Virus record (IMG/VR): IMGVR_UViG_3300045999_010033
Coordinates: 62,001-126,000 of that record
DNA length: 64,000 nt
Direction: 5' to 3' (one strand)
This document shows, in pieces, positions 29,611 through 37,920 of this stretch. Position 1 is the stretch's first letter; each line of letters begins with the position of its first letter. The notes under the pieces were generated by a model, which saw nothing but the letters and a program-made list of their open reading frames with translations, had not been told where the DNA came from and searched no databases. Both the position numbers and the translations under genes were made by a program.

Positions 29611-30233
29611 AATGTTTCGTAATAAGAGTTTTGTTTTTCTTGTCTTTTTATATCCTTATCGTGCTTTATGCAGAATAATGGTTCTGCGGGGAAGTTGCTG
29701 TATTTTTGATAACCGTATACCCTTTCATGTACTTTGTTTTTCCAAAGTATTTCATCCTTTCTTTTATATAATCGGGTTTGATAATCTGGAAAATTGACCC
29801 ACCCACGTTCGTTTACATTCCATCCCCATTTTTTTATATGGTAATCGGTAAGACCGGTTACCGTATTAATACGTGGAATAAAAAATAGGTCAACATCATC
29901 ATTATCATTTAGGATATCCTCTAAATTAACCATCAATTCGGCATCAATCATTTCATCTGCATCTATTTGATAAATCCAATCACCCTTACAATGTGAATTG
30001 AGAAAGTTTTTCCAAGATGAAAAATCTCCATTAAATTCAGAAATGATAAGAGTAAAATCGTCTTTACCATCTGCGCATATCATCAAAAATTCCTCTAACT
30101 CTTTTGGTGCTTTTGGTGAATCCAATAGAACAACTATTTCCGCGTTATCTCCCTTATAGTTTTTAAGGTGATTGATTAATCTAATCGTTTCATCAAATTC
30201 ATTTGAAACTGTGATAGCGTAACTTATTTTCAT
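29607..30233 (-). CDS. family 2 glycosyltransferase
   Basis: ISYAITVSNE, QIDADE, PDYQTRL, VHE. Confidence 0.85.
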   Translation of the reverse strand: MKISYAITVSNEFDETIRLINHLKNYKGDNAEIVVLLDSPKAPKELEEFLMICADGKDDFTLIISEFNGDFSSWKNFLNSHCKGDWIYQIDADEMIDAELMVNLEDILNDNDDVDLFFIPRINTVTGLTDYHIKKWGWNVNERGWVNFPDYQTRLYKRKDEILWKNKVHERVYGYQKYSNFPAEPLFCIKHDKDIKRQEKQNSYYETL

Positions 30234-30239
30234 TAAAAC

Positions 30240-30722
30240 TTATTTTTTACTTTTAGGTTCTACTTTTGGCTTTGGTTTTGCCTTTTGAATTAATTTTGAT
30301 TTAGGCACTATTTTTTCTACTTCCATTTTTAATTCTAAAATACGTGTAATTCCACTCAATTTATAAGTTCTATATGCATTATTATTAATTGATGGTACTT
30401 TTTTTACAGAATCATTATACGTGTTTCTCGCACTTCCTTTTATTTCTAATTTTTCAGTTTGTTCGTTATATAATTTGCCAAACATTCTTTTAACTATATT
30501 GGGACTAACATTGGATACTTTTACACAATGGACTATATCTTTTGTTTTTGATACAAACAATGTGTAAACAATTGGTGCTTCCATATCCCGATATTTTACT
30601 CTATCTCCATCGGTGTATTTATATTCTTTAATAAGATAAAATTTATTTCGTTCCATTTTTTGTGGAAGAATGATGTTTTTATCATTTATAAATGGTTTAT
30701 ATTTTAGATTATATTCCGACAT
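30240..30722 (-). CDS. hypothetical protein, weak resemblance to T4 gp2-like DNA end protector
   Basis: FYLIKEYKY ... PIVY ... AYRTY pattern; function uncertain. Confidence 0.4.
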   Translation of the reverse strand: MSEYNLKYKPFINDKNIILPQKMERNKFYLIKEYKYTDGDRVKYRDMEAPIVYTLFVSKTKDIVHCVKVSNVSPNIVKRMFGKLYNEQTEKLEIKGSARNTYNDSVKKVPSINNNAYRTYKLSGITRILELKMEVEKIVPKSKLIQKAKPKPKVEPKSKK

Positions 30723-30724
30723 TT

Positions 30725-32038
30725 TTAAGAATCAATTTTTGGCAATTCTAATTTTTTAAGTTTTGGTAGTTCTATTTTTTTGAGATTAGGTAGTTGTAGC
30801 TTTACAGCTTTCGGCTCTACACTCCTGTCATAAATAGAATATTTTTTGAATATTCCGTCCAATTCTTGTGTCATTTTTGAAAGGGTAAAATTTGCTCTAT
30901 TGTATTCTCCCAACTTTTCAGAATCCTTTTTATACTTTTCGTAATTCTTATATACATCTTTTAGTTTGATAGTCGCGTTAGAAACATTTACATTAAACCA
31001 GCTTGATTCTTTTAAAAGAAAATCATCTGCGGCAGATTCGTGCACGTTTTTCAATTCCCCTTCAAGTAAAACTGCTCCTTCTTTTAAGAAATCTAAATGC
31101 CCACTCCAATTTGATGCAATTACGGGTTTGCCAGTTAAAGAAAACTCTAAAAGTGGGCGACCAAATCCTTCACCTTTTGTGAAAGATACCATTGCTTTTA
31201 TTTTTTTATGATTATAAAGTCCGTTCATTTGTTTTGCCGAAAGGTCACCATGTAACAAATACACTGGAACTTTACCATAATCAGAACCTAACGCGTTTTT
31301 AATACTACGAACAATGTGCTCCCTATCCCGCACACTAAATGATGCGGTTGATGTTTTCAAAATTAACGCAGGTTTTACCTTTTCATTTTTAAATGCTAAA
31401 GAAAAAGTTTTAAGTAGTATTCCTACATTTTTACGATCTTCACCCACATTACCTTTCAACCAATGTCCTACGAATAAAAAAGCAAAATCTTCTTTTATTT
31501 CATCCAATTCAGAAACTTTTTGTATATCTTTTGTGGCAAAATCATTTTCATCGTAACCTTCAAAAAGAATTTCAACTGGCTTTTCTATTTGATGATTTCT
31601 TATAAATTGTTGTGTATCACGATTATGTTCGGAGTATATACTTTCGATTAGTGAACGCTTTGAATGTTCCGAAACTGTGATTATCAAATCCATTCGATTA
31701 CATCCTTGTATCCAACTTAGTGGGGATATAGTGGTTTCTATTGCCGCAGTTACACCAATATTATAATGACCTATTGGTTGAAATTCATTTGGAACTGTCA
31801 TTTGTATGAAGATATCCGGTTTTCTTTCTGGTGCAGGTACTACATTATCTATAATCCATTTGTGAAAGGCATTTTCATATGAAAGTGCATCCATTGGGGT
31901 TTGTCCCCACCTAGTAGAAATAATCTTTACTTCAAATTTATCCAATTTCCAAATGGAATGTAATAAATCTCGTGCATGGTCTCCATACCCGCTGCGTGTC
32001 GCTATTGGTGCTTGATATAACAATGTTGGTTTACTCAT
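30725..32038 (-). CDS. family 4 (GT-B) glycosyltransferase
   Basis: RSGYG, DRKN, GEGFGRPLLE, PVIASNWSG. Confidence 0.88.
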   Translation of the reverse strand: MSKPTLLYQAPIATRSGYGDHARDLLHSIWKLDKFEVKIISTRWGQTPMDALSYENAFHKWIIDNVVPAPERKPDIFIQMTVPNEFQPIGHYNIGVTAAIETTISPLSWIQGCNRMDLIITVSEHSKRSLIESIYSEHNRDTQQFIRNHQIEKPVEILFEGYDENDFATKDIQKVSELDEIKEDFAFLFVGHWLKGNVGEDRKNVGILLKTFSLAFKNEKVKPALILKTSTASFSVRDREHIVRSIKNALGSDYGKVPVYLLHGDLSAKQMNGLYNHKKIKAMVSFTKGEGFGRPLLEFSLTGKPVIASNWSGHLDFLKEGAVLLEGELKNVHESAADDFLLKESSWFNVNVSNATIKLKDVYKNYEKYKKDSEKLGEYNRANFTLSKMTQELDGIFKKYSIYDRSVEPKAVKLQLPNLKKIELPKLKKLELPKIDS

Positions 32039-33417
32039 ATACTATACAATTCAAATTTTTTCTTTGGTTTCCAATTTTCAAATGTAGATTCGATTCCATC
32101 AATAAGTGTTTGGCACATATTTTGTGTGCTCAATCCACCATCACCCATCATCCATTCTCTGCCATTCAATCCCCATGCTTTCCTTTGCCATTTGGGCATT
32201 AAATACCAATAACGAATAAGTGGTGCCACATCATCAAAATCTACTTTATCATCAAAAATATATGGTGTTGGTACGGATCCATTTACAGAACGAGTTGGCC
32301 ATACCGGTGTTACCCATTCTCCCCAAGTTACTGCTGATTCATAATTCTTTTTATCATGCAAAGACCCAATCTTTACATAGTCTTCTGCCGTTAGATACTT
32401 ATCGGTCCCTTTTAATTTAAAACCACATTGGTCTTGCAATCCACCAGTAACGTTTACAATGATAGGAGTTCCGGCCATTACCGATTCTGCGGTTGCTAAT
32501 CCAAATCCTTCATTAGATGCTAAATTGATTGTTACATCCGCAATATTGTATAGATAATTGAGCTCGGTTTCTGTCCATCTCCCATCATCAAAGATTACAT
32601 GGGCATCCGGCATACAATGTTGTACCATTGTTGGTAAATCAGTTCCATTTTCATCAACTGGCTGAGTGTGCATCAACATACATACTCTATCTCTTTTTTC
32701 TTCAGGTAATCCTAATCTGAATTGTTCGAATGCAAGTAACGCATCCATTGGTTGCTTTCTTCTAATGTTTCTATTATTCCAATACAATATAAAATCGTAT
32801 TCTTTATCTCCTAAAATCTTTTTTCTAAATTCTTCAGGAACATCAATCGGCTTGTATAAATCGGGATTAATACCATGCGGCACATAACTAACTTGCCAAT
32901 CTTTTGGTTGCTTCCATTGTGATTGTGCATCCCATCCCCACACACGACGTGTTATACCATATGTTTGCTTTGAAATACATCCAATCCAATCACAACTTTC
33001 ATAGTAATCACGATTATATTTTGGATCTGGCAAATCATCCCAAATATGATAAAACAACAATGGAACTGATTGGCGAATTTCATGTTCAATATCATACAAC
33101 CATATCCAATATCGTGGGTCAGTAAAGTGTAGAATGGCATCTGGCTTTTCTCGCATCAATAACGCACGAATTATATCCGCGTTACCGTAACCATCACACG
33201 GATACAACTTTACATTAGCATCCTGTACCCCAGTTACATCACGTACACTTTGGGTTAAATCCATTATTTGACCTTGCTCTGGGTGTTGTATCGCTGCTCC
33301 CAATTGAACCCAATCATATTTATCGACCGTACCTAAAACCAATTGTTTTGAAATGTTAGCAATGCCAGATGGCATTCTTAAATCATCGGAAAGTAACAAA
33401 ATTTTCTTTTTAGCCAT
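32035..33417 (-). CDS. family 4 (GT-B) glycosyltransferase
   Basis: VPHG, NRNIRRK, NEGFGLATAES, GTPII. Confidence 0.88.
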   Translation of the reverse strand: MAKKKILLLSDDLRMPSGIANISKQLVLGTVDKYDWVQLGAAIQHPEQGQIMDLTQSVRDVTGVQDANVKLYPCDGYGNADIIRALLMREKPDAILHFTDPRYWIWLYDIEHEIRQSVPLLFYHIWDDLPDPKYNRDYYESCDWIGCISKQTYGITRRVWGWDAQSQWKQPKDWQVSYVPHGINPDLYKPIDVPEEFRKKILGDKEYDFILYWNNRNIRRKQPMDALLAFEQFRLGLPEEKRDRVCMLMHTQPVDENGTDLPTMVQHCMPDAHVIFDDGRWTETELNYLYNIADVTINLASNEGFGLATAESVMAGTPIIVNVTGGLQDQCGFKLKGTDKYLTAEDYVKIGSLHDKKNYESAVTWGEWVTPVWPTRSVNGSVPTPYIFDDKVDFDDVAPLIRYWYLMPKWQRKAWGLNGREWMMGDGGLSTQNMCQTLIDGIESTFENWKPKKKFELYSI

Positions 33418-33421
33418 AATT

Positions 33422-33619
33422 TTACAATTGTGAACCGCTTATTTGTAATCCAGTGTAAGTGTTAATTTGTTTTCTAAAATCATCATTTTTTGTGTAAAGA
33501 TCCATTGACCTATTGACAAGTTTTTGAAAGTTTATGCCGTCACGAATGATGAACATTTTAAACTCTTTATCATATAAGTCTTCCAAAACCTTTACTGTTG
33601 TCAGTTTTAATTTTGCCAT
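33422..33619 (-). CDS. putative ribbon-helix-helix DNA-binding protein
   Basis: LTTVKV strand followed by two helices; start moved to MAKLKL. Confidence 0.55.
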   Translation of the reverse strand: MAKLKLTTVKVLEDLYDKEFKMFIIRDGINFQKLVNRSMDLYTKNDDFRKQINTYTGLQISGSQL

Positions 33620-33633
33620 ATACTTTTGTTTAT

Positions 33634-33644
33634 ATATAAGTATA
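33634..33644 (-). promoter_or_regulatory. putative phage late-promoter motif variant
   Basis: TATACTTATAT upstream of the glycosyltransferase run. Confidence 0.4.
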
Positions 33645-33652
33645 TACAAAAT

Positions 33653-34513
33653 TTATTTTCCATCACAATGCTTACCAAAAAATTCACACCATTCACATAA
33701 TTTAGATGGTTTCTTTGGATACGTAATATCGGTTCTTCTATTTCCATTTTCATCAAAGACGGTATTTACAAAATCCATAAACCCGGCCCAAGCTCTATTA
33801 ACACTTGGCTTACCATTGGCAGGAACATGCTTTGATACTCTTGGAATTGGATATTCAGTATCCGCCGGTATTTTTCTTTTTAAGATAATAAATTCAACAT
33901 CTATCATATCTTGCGATACGCTAAATAACTCCGAGTAGAATTTTTTGTAAATTAATATTTGTGAATTTTTAACTTCATCTTTTTTGTGGTAAGAAGACCA
34001 TCCTTTTGTAGATGTTTTGAAATCTATTATACGATACTTACCATTAAATGAATCCTTAATAACCAAATCAATAAACCCGATAAAATTTACATTATCTTTT
34101 ACCTTTGTATTTAGGGGTTGCTCTATGGCTATTACTTCATCATATTTTAAATCAAAAAATTTGTTGAAGTGTTTTGATTTTTGAAATTGTTCTAAAATAA
34201 GAATACCATCGTTTAGATGCTCAACCAATTCATCTTTTGTGCAAATATCTTCTTTACACTTTTCAGATTCTTTCTGATATCCATCTCGCATCTTTTCTGT
34301 AAGTAATTGTTTCAAATTCATAGAACGGTCTGCCTGCGATTTCGATAATCGCAAGCAGACGTCTATGTAAGATTGAAGCACTTCGTGCATTGCCGTTCCG
34401 AATATTAGGCTTACATTGGATTTAGATTCCGAAAGTTCATCTATGTAATTTAACTTATACTGATTCGGACAATTTTTCCAAGTTGAATATTGGGAAAACG
34501 AAACTCGTGCCAC
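33653..34513 (-). CDS. Cas4/AddB-like PD-(D/E)XK exonuclease
   Basis: WKNCP, FGTAMHE, GFIDLV, IIDFKT, QILIY, CEWC...C (four-Cys Fe-S pattern). Confidence 0.88.
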   Translation of the reverse strand: MARVSFSQYSTWKNCPNQYKLNYIDELSESKSNVSLIFGTAMHEVLQSYIDVCLRLSKSQADRSMNLKQLLTEKMRDGYQKESEKCKEDICTKDELVEHLNDGILILEQFQKSKHFNKFFDLKYDEVIAIEQPLNTKVKDNVNFIGFIDLVIKDSFNGKYRIIDFKTSTKGWSSYHKKDEVKNSQILIYKKFYSELFSVSQDMIDVEFIILKRKIPADTEYPIPRVSKHVPANGKPSVNRAWAGFMDFVNTVFDENGNRRTDITYPKKPSKLCEWCEFFGKHCDGK

Positions 34514-34962
34514 TATACTTTAAGTTTTAATTTAGTTATTAATTTTTTCTCTATACCATATCTCTCACAAATGTACTTGATGTTTTCACGTCCTTCTTTG
34601 GTAGAATATAAAATATCCAAATAGTCATTTGCTTGGTTTATTGAACATTGATATTCACGTACAATCAACTCAACTATAAAATCTTCGTAGCTTGATTCTT
34701 TTTTACCTTTAACATAATTCAAAAAGTATTTTCCTTTTGGAATTACATTAATATAAACTTTATACATATCCTGCGGACGAAGTGTTTGAGTTAAAGGTAA
34801 AAGCGTTGCTACCAATTCTACCCAATCGGGGTTCATTGAAAGGAACCTGTTAATCATAAAGTTCGACCAACTCTTTAAGTCCTCATCAGCCAGCTTATCA
34901 AAGTAATTTGGGTCTTGCTCTGAAGTTATGGCTTTGATATGTTCAAACAAAGATTTCGCCAT
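34513..34962 (-). CDS. gp62: clamp loader small subunit (T4 gp62-like)
   Basis: LFEHIKAI, FMINRFLS, YQCS...A.DY; next to gp44. Confidence 0.75.
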   Translation of the reverse strand: MAKSLFEHIKAITSEQDPNYFDKLADEDLKSWSNFMINRFLSMNPDWVELVATLLPLTQTLRPQDMYKVYINVIPKGKYFLNYVKGKKESSYEDFIVELIVREYQCSINQANDYLDILYSTKEGRENIKYICERYGIEKKLITKLKLKV

Positions 34963-35219
34963 TATTGTAATTGTATTTTAGGAGATTGCCCTTCTTCTTT
35001 TAGTTCAGCTGGGAGTAGTTCATTGAGAGGTTTTCCACACGCCGTGCATAGGAACAATTCAATCGGAAGGATAGAATCGTTTGGCTGTCCAGTCAATAAT
35101 CTACTAAATTTTTTAAATCTGAATCCTGGCATAAAGATTCGGTTTCCACATTCACATGGTACATCTCTACCATCATTTAGGGACATATTAGCCTGTACTG
35201 GTTGCGGTTGTTGCTGCAT
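34962..35219 (-). CDS. Zn-ribbon hypothetical protein
   Basis: CECG ... CTACG. Confidence 0.7.
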   Translation of the reverse strand: MQQQPQPVQANMSLNDGRDVPCECGNRIFMPGFRFKKFSRLLTGQPNDSILPIELFLCTACGKPLNELLPAELKEEGQSPKIQLQ

Positions 35220-35230
35220 TTTTATTTATT

Positions 35231-35455
35231 TTATAATGTTAAGTATTTGTATGATTTTATTTTTTCTATTTCTTTTGTCAATTCACTACATATTTCATAT
35301 TCTTCTATGTTAGAGAAATATGGAAGAATATGCTGTATCATCTCAATCTTTTGAATTGCTCTGTAACCTTCAAATGTAAAATTATCATTTTTCATTACAC
35401 TATACATATTCCACATAGATTTATGTAAAATTTCCGTTTTTAAGGTTTCTTGCAT
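35231..35455 (-). CDS. hypothetical protein with UVR-like EEYExC motif
   Basis: YFSNIEEYEICSEL. Confidence 0.6.
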   Translation of the reverse strand: MQETLKTEILHKSMWNMYSVMKNDNFTFEGYRAIQKIEMIQHILPYFSNIEEYEICSELTKEIEKIKSYKYLTL

Positions 35456-35459
35456 AATT

Positions 35460-36407
35460 TTATTTTATAATATTAAGTATTTGAATCATAGTAGATGCAA
35501 ATACAATTTCTTTGTCCACTACCAAAGCATCTTTCGACATCCCATCTGCTATGGTTAGAATAACATTAGCCGTATTGCCTGCAGCATATTCATCAACTTT
35601 ATCATAAAGCATAGTATAGATTTCCGAATAATCATTTAGTTTATTATCTGCAACTGCTTGTCTTATTGACATGAACATATTACGTTTGTCCAAATCTGAT
35701 TTAAGAATCTCTACTAATTTTGTCTGAAAGTTTGATTCCACCATTATTTGGTGGTCTACTTTCAATTCACCTCTTGCCGATTGAAGTTGGCATGTATTAG
35801 TTATCTTACGAATATCGGGATAGTATGAATTGATAATATCAACCAAATTCTTTGGGTCAAATTTAATACCTTCTGCATTTAGAATATTAGACATTTGTAC
35901 TGCCACATCCTTTTTAGTCGGAGGAGTTATTGCGAAAGATTGACACCGGCTTTGAATCGGGTCAATAATTTTCTCAATGTAATTACACGTCAAAATGAAT
36001 CGGCAATGCTTACTGAATGTTTCCATTAGGTTACGAAGGATTGCCTGCGCGTTTGGAGTCATATAATCAAACTCATCAAGTATAATCACTTTGAATCCTG
36101 CGAATCCAACGGACGATGCAAAATTCTTTACTTTTGTTCTTACCGTCTCCACATTGTTTTCATCCGAAGCGTTTATAATCATACTATCACATTTAATAGT
36201 ATTAACAATCAGCTTTGCCAATGTGGTCTTACCGGTGCCCGGTTTTCCATAGAAAAGCAGATGTGGAATATCATTGGCAGTAAGATAATGCTGTATTGTT
36301 TCTTTTACCATTTGATTACCTACGTACTCCGAAAGGTTTGTAGGACGGTATTTTTCACACCAAAGACTGTGTTCTCTTTTATTTATATCATTTGCGAAAA
36401 AACTCAT
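35460..36407 (-). CDS. gp44: clamp loader AAA+ subunit (T4 gp44/RFC-like)
   Basis: EKYRP, GKPGTGKTT, INASD, LDEFD, SRC. Confidence 0.95.
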   Translation of the reverse strand: MSFFANDINKREHSLWCEKYRPTNLSEYVGNQMVKETIQHYLTANDIPHLLFYGKPGTGKTTLAKLIVNTIKCDSMIINASDENNVETVRTKVKNFASSVGFAGFKVIILDEFDYMTPNAQAILRNLMETFSKHCRFILTCNYIEKIIDPIQSRCQSFAITPPTKKDVAVQMSNILNAEGIKFDPKNLVDIINSYYPDIRKITNTCQLQSARGELKVDHQIMVESNFQTKLVEILKSDLDKRNMFMSIRQAVADNKLNDYSEIYTMLYDKVDEYAAGNTANVILTIADGMSKDALVVDKEIVFASTMIQILNIIK

Positions 36408-36415
36408 ATATTTTT

Positions 36416-36841
36416 TTATTTTCCAGTTGAACCAAATCCACCTTCACCACGTTCTGTATCTGATAATTCTGTAACTTCTTTAACTATAAATTGTGGACAA
36501 GCTACTATCACAAGTTGCGCAATTTTATCACCAACATTGTATGATGATAACATTGGGTTATTTACTTTATTAAACACACACATAATCTGTCCACGATATC
36601 CACTATCTATAACTCCAACCGAATTCGCCAAACTCAAATTTGTTTTAGAAACCGATGAACGTGGAAACAATAGCCCCACATAACCTTCGGGTATTTCTAC
36701 TGCGATTCCAGTCCCATATTTTATTTGTTGCATGGATTCTTCCAATACTTCCGTCGCAACCAAATCCAAACCGGCGTCACCCGGTTTGGCGTATGATGGT
36801 ATAATTGCAGTATCGTTTAGCTTTTTAAACTTTAAAACCAT
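36416..36841 (-). CDS. dut: trimeric dUTPase
   Basis: AGLDL, PRSS, GVIDSGYRG, KIAQLV, RGEGGFGSTG. Confidence 0.96.
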   Translation of the reverse strand: MVLKFKKLNDTAIIPSYAKPGDAGLDLVATEVLEESMQQIKYGTGIAVEIPEGYVGLLFPRSSVSKTNLSLANSVGVIDSGYRGQIMCVFNKVNNPMLSSYNVGDKIAQLVIVACPQFIVKEVTELSDTERGEGGFGSTGK

Positions 36842-36851
36842 ATTGTTTATT

Positions 36852-37136
36852 TTAATTTTCAAGTCGTTTCTTCTCCCTTTCTAATCGAGTGGTTTCACTC
36901 ATTGGTCTAGCGAACAATTTAAATATCATACCTTTATCCGAAAATGATACGCTAGAATTGGATGTAGGTTCAATTCTTAAAATCAATTCGCCGGCATCTT
37001 CATCAGTATCAGACCATGCAAAAACCACCGGCTCGTTATCAAAAAATTGAAAACACCATTCTGCTTGCTGAAATTGTTCAGTTTGTTGTACTTGTTGTTC
37101 TTCTATTGGAAAAAGTTCTAATTGTGTAGATTCCAT
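36852..37136 (-). CDS. hypothetical protein with N-terminal QLELF motif
   Basis: MESTQLELFP; start moved to avoid overlap with the clamp gene. Confidence 0.6.
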   Translation of the reverse strand: MESTQLELFPIEEQQVQQTEQFQQAEWCFQFFDNEPVVFAWSDTDEDAGELILRIEPTSNSSVSFSDKGMIFKLFARPMSETTRLEREKKRLEN

Positions 37137-37147
37137 AATTTTATTTT

Positions 37148-37861
37148 TTAGTTTGAAATTTCGACAAGATAATAACGACAATCAAATTCATCAATTTTGA
37201 ATTGAATATGCGCGAGTCCATTGGCAGATACCATAAGTTTTGCTGCAGATGCTTCTTTATTTGCTGTCAAAATTTCTTTCAAATATTTTGCCGAAAATGA
37301 AATTGGTTGCACTTCGGTTGCATATGATTTTTCACATACAAAAGTAACGCGATTTGTAGAAATTGAACTATAACCAATCGCCATCTTTAAATCTCCATCT
37401 TCAGTAAATACTGTAAAGGTATCAACATCACTCAGAGCACCTTTTGCTTTGATAAATTTATCAATCATCATTGGTGTCATTTCAATTGTGATATCAAAAT
37501 CGGGAAGTGTTTTCAAATCAGGAACCGTAGGAATTACCCCCAAATCTGCAAGTTGATAGCTAGTTTCAGTATTATCTGAACTCAATTTGAGTGATACGGC
37601 TTTATCGTTTTGTGTATCAACTTTTAGTGCAACATCGTTATCCAAAATGCCTAAAAGGTTTTTTAGAAGTGATGTTGTGTAAATTCCAATGTTAAATTCG
37701 GGTTCAGTAAATTTACCCAAATCCACTTCACCTAACATTGTTTTATCATCCGAAATAAAACGTACTGAAAGTTTTTGTTCTTCTGATTTCCATGCAACCG
37801 ATTCAATCAATCCACCCAATGCATACTTTTGAATGAAACGTGTCAAATTTTGTTTGTTCAT
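37148..37861 (-). CDS. gp45: sliding clamp (gp45/PCNA-like)
   Basis: Size, FSAKYLKEI and final YYLV strand; between PolB and clamp loader. Confidence 0.8.
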   Translation of the reverse strand: MNKQNLTRFIQKYALGGLIESVAWKSEEQKLSVRFISDDKTMLGEVDLGKFTEPEFNIGIYTTSLLKNLLGILDNDVALKVDTQNDKAVSLKLSSDNTETSYQLADLGVIPTVPDLKTLPDFDITIEMTPMMIDKFIKAKGALSDVDTFTVFTEDGDLKMAIGYSSISTNRVTFVCEKSYATEVQPISFSAKYLKEILTANKEASAAKLMVSANGLAHIQFKIDEFDCRYYLVEISN

Positions 37862-37890
37862 AATTTTTTTTTTTAAGATTTATGTTTTTA

Positions 37891-37920
37891 CAATATAAGG
37901 AAAATTTATCAAAATTCAAA
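37891..37920 (-). promoter_or_regulatory. Bacteroidota sigma-type promoter
   Basis: TTTG-N19-TATATTG. Confidence 0.65.

Noticed and set aside
5925-33417. Idea that the transporter and sugar genes are bacterial chromosome or a prophage flank
   Set aside because: Interleaved with phage-type genes, same strand, same promoter motifs and tight packing; no integrase or housekeeping context seen
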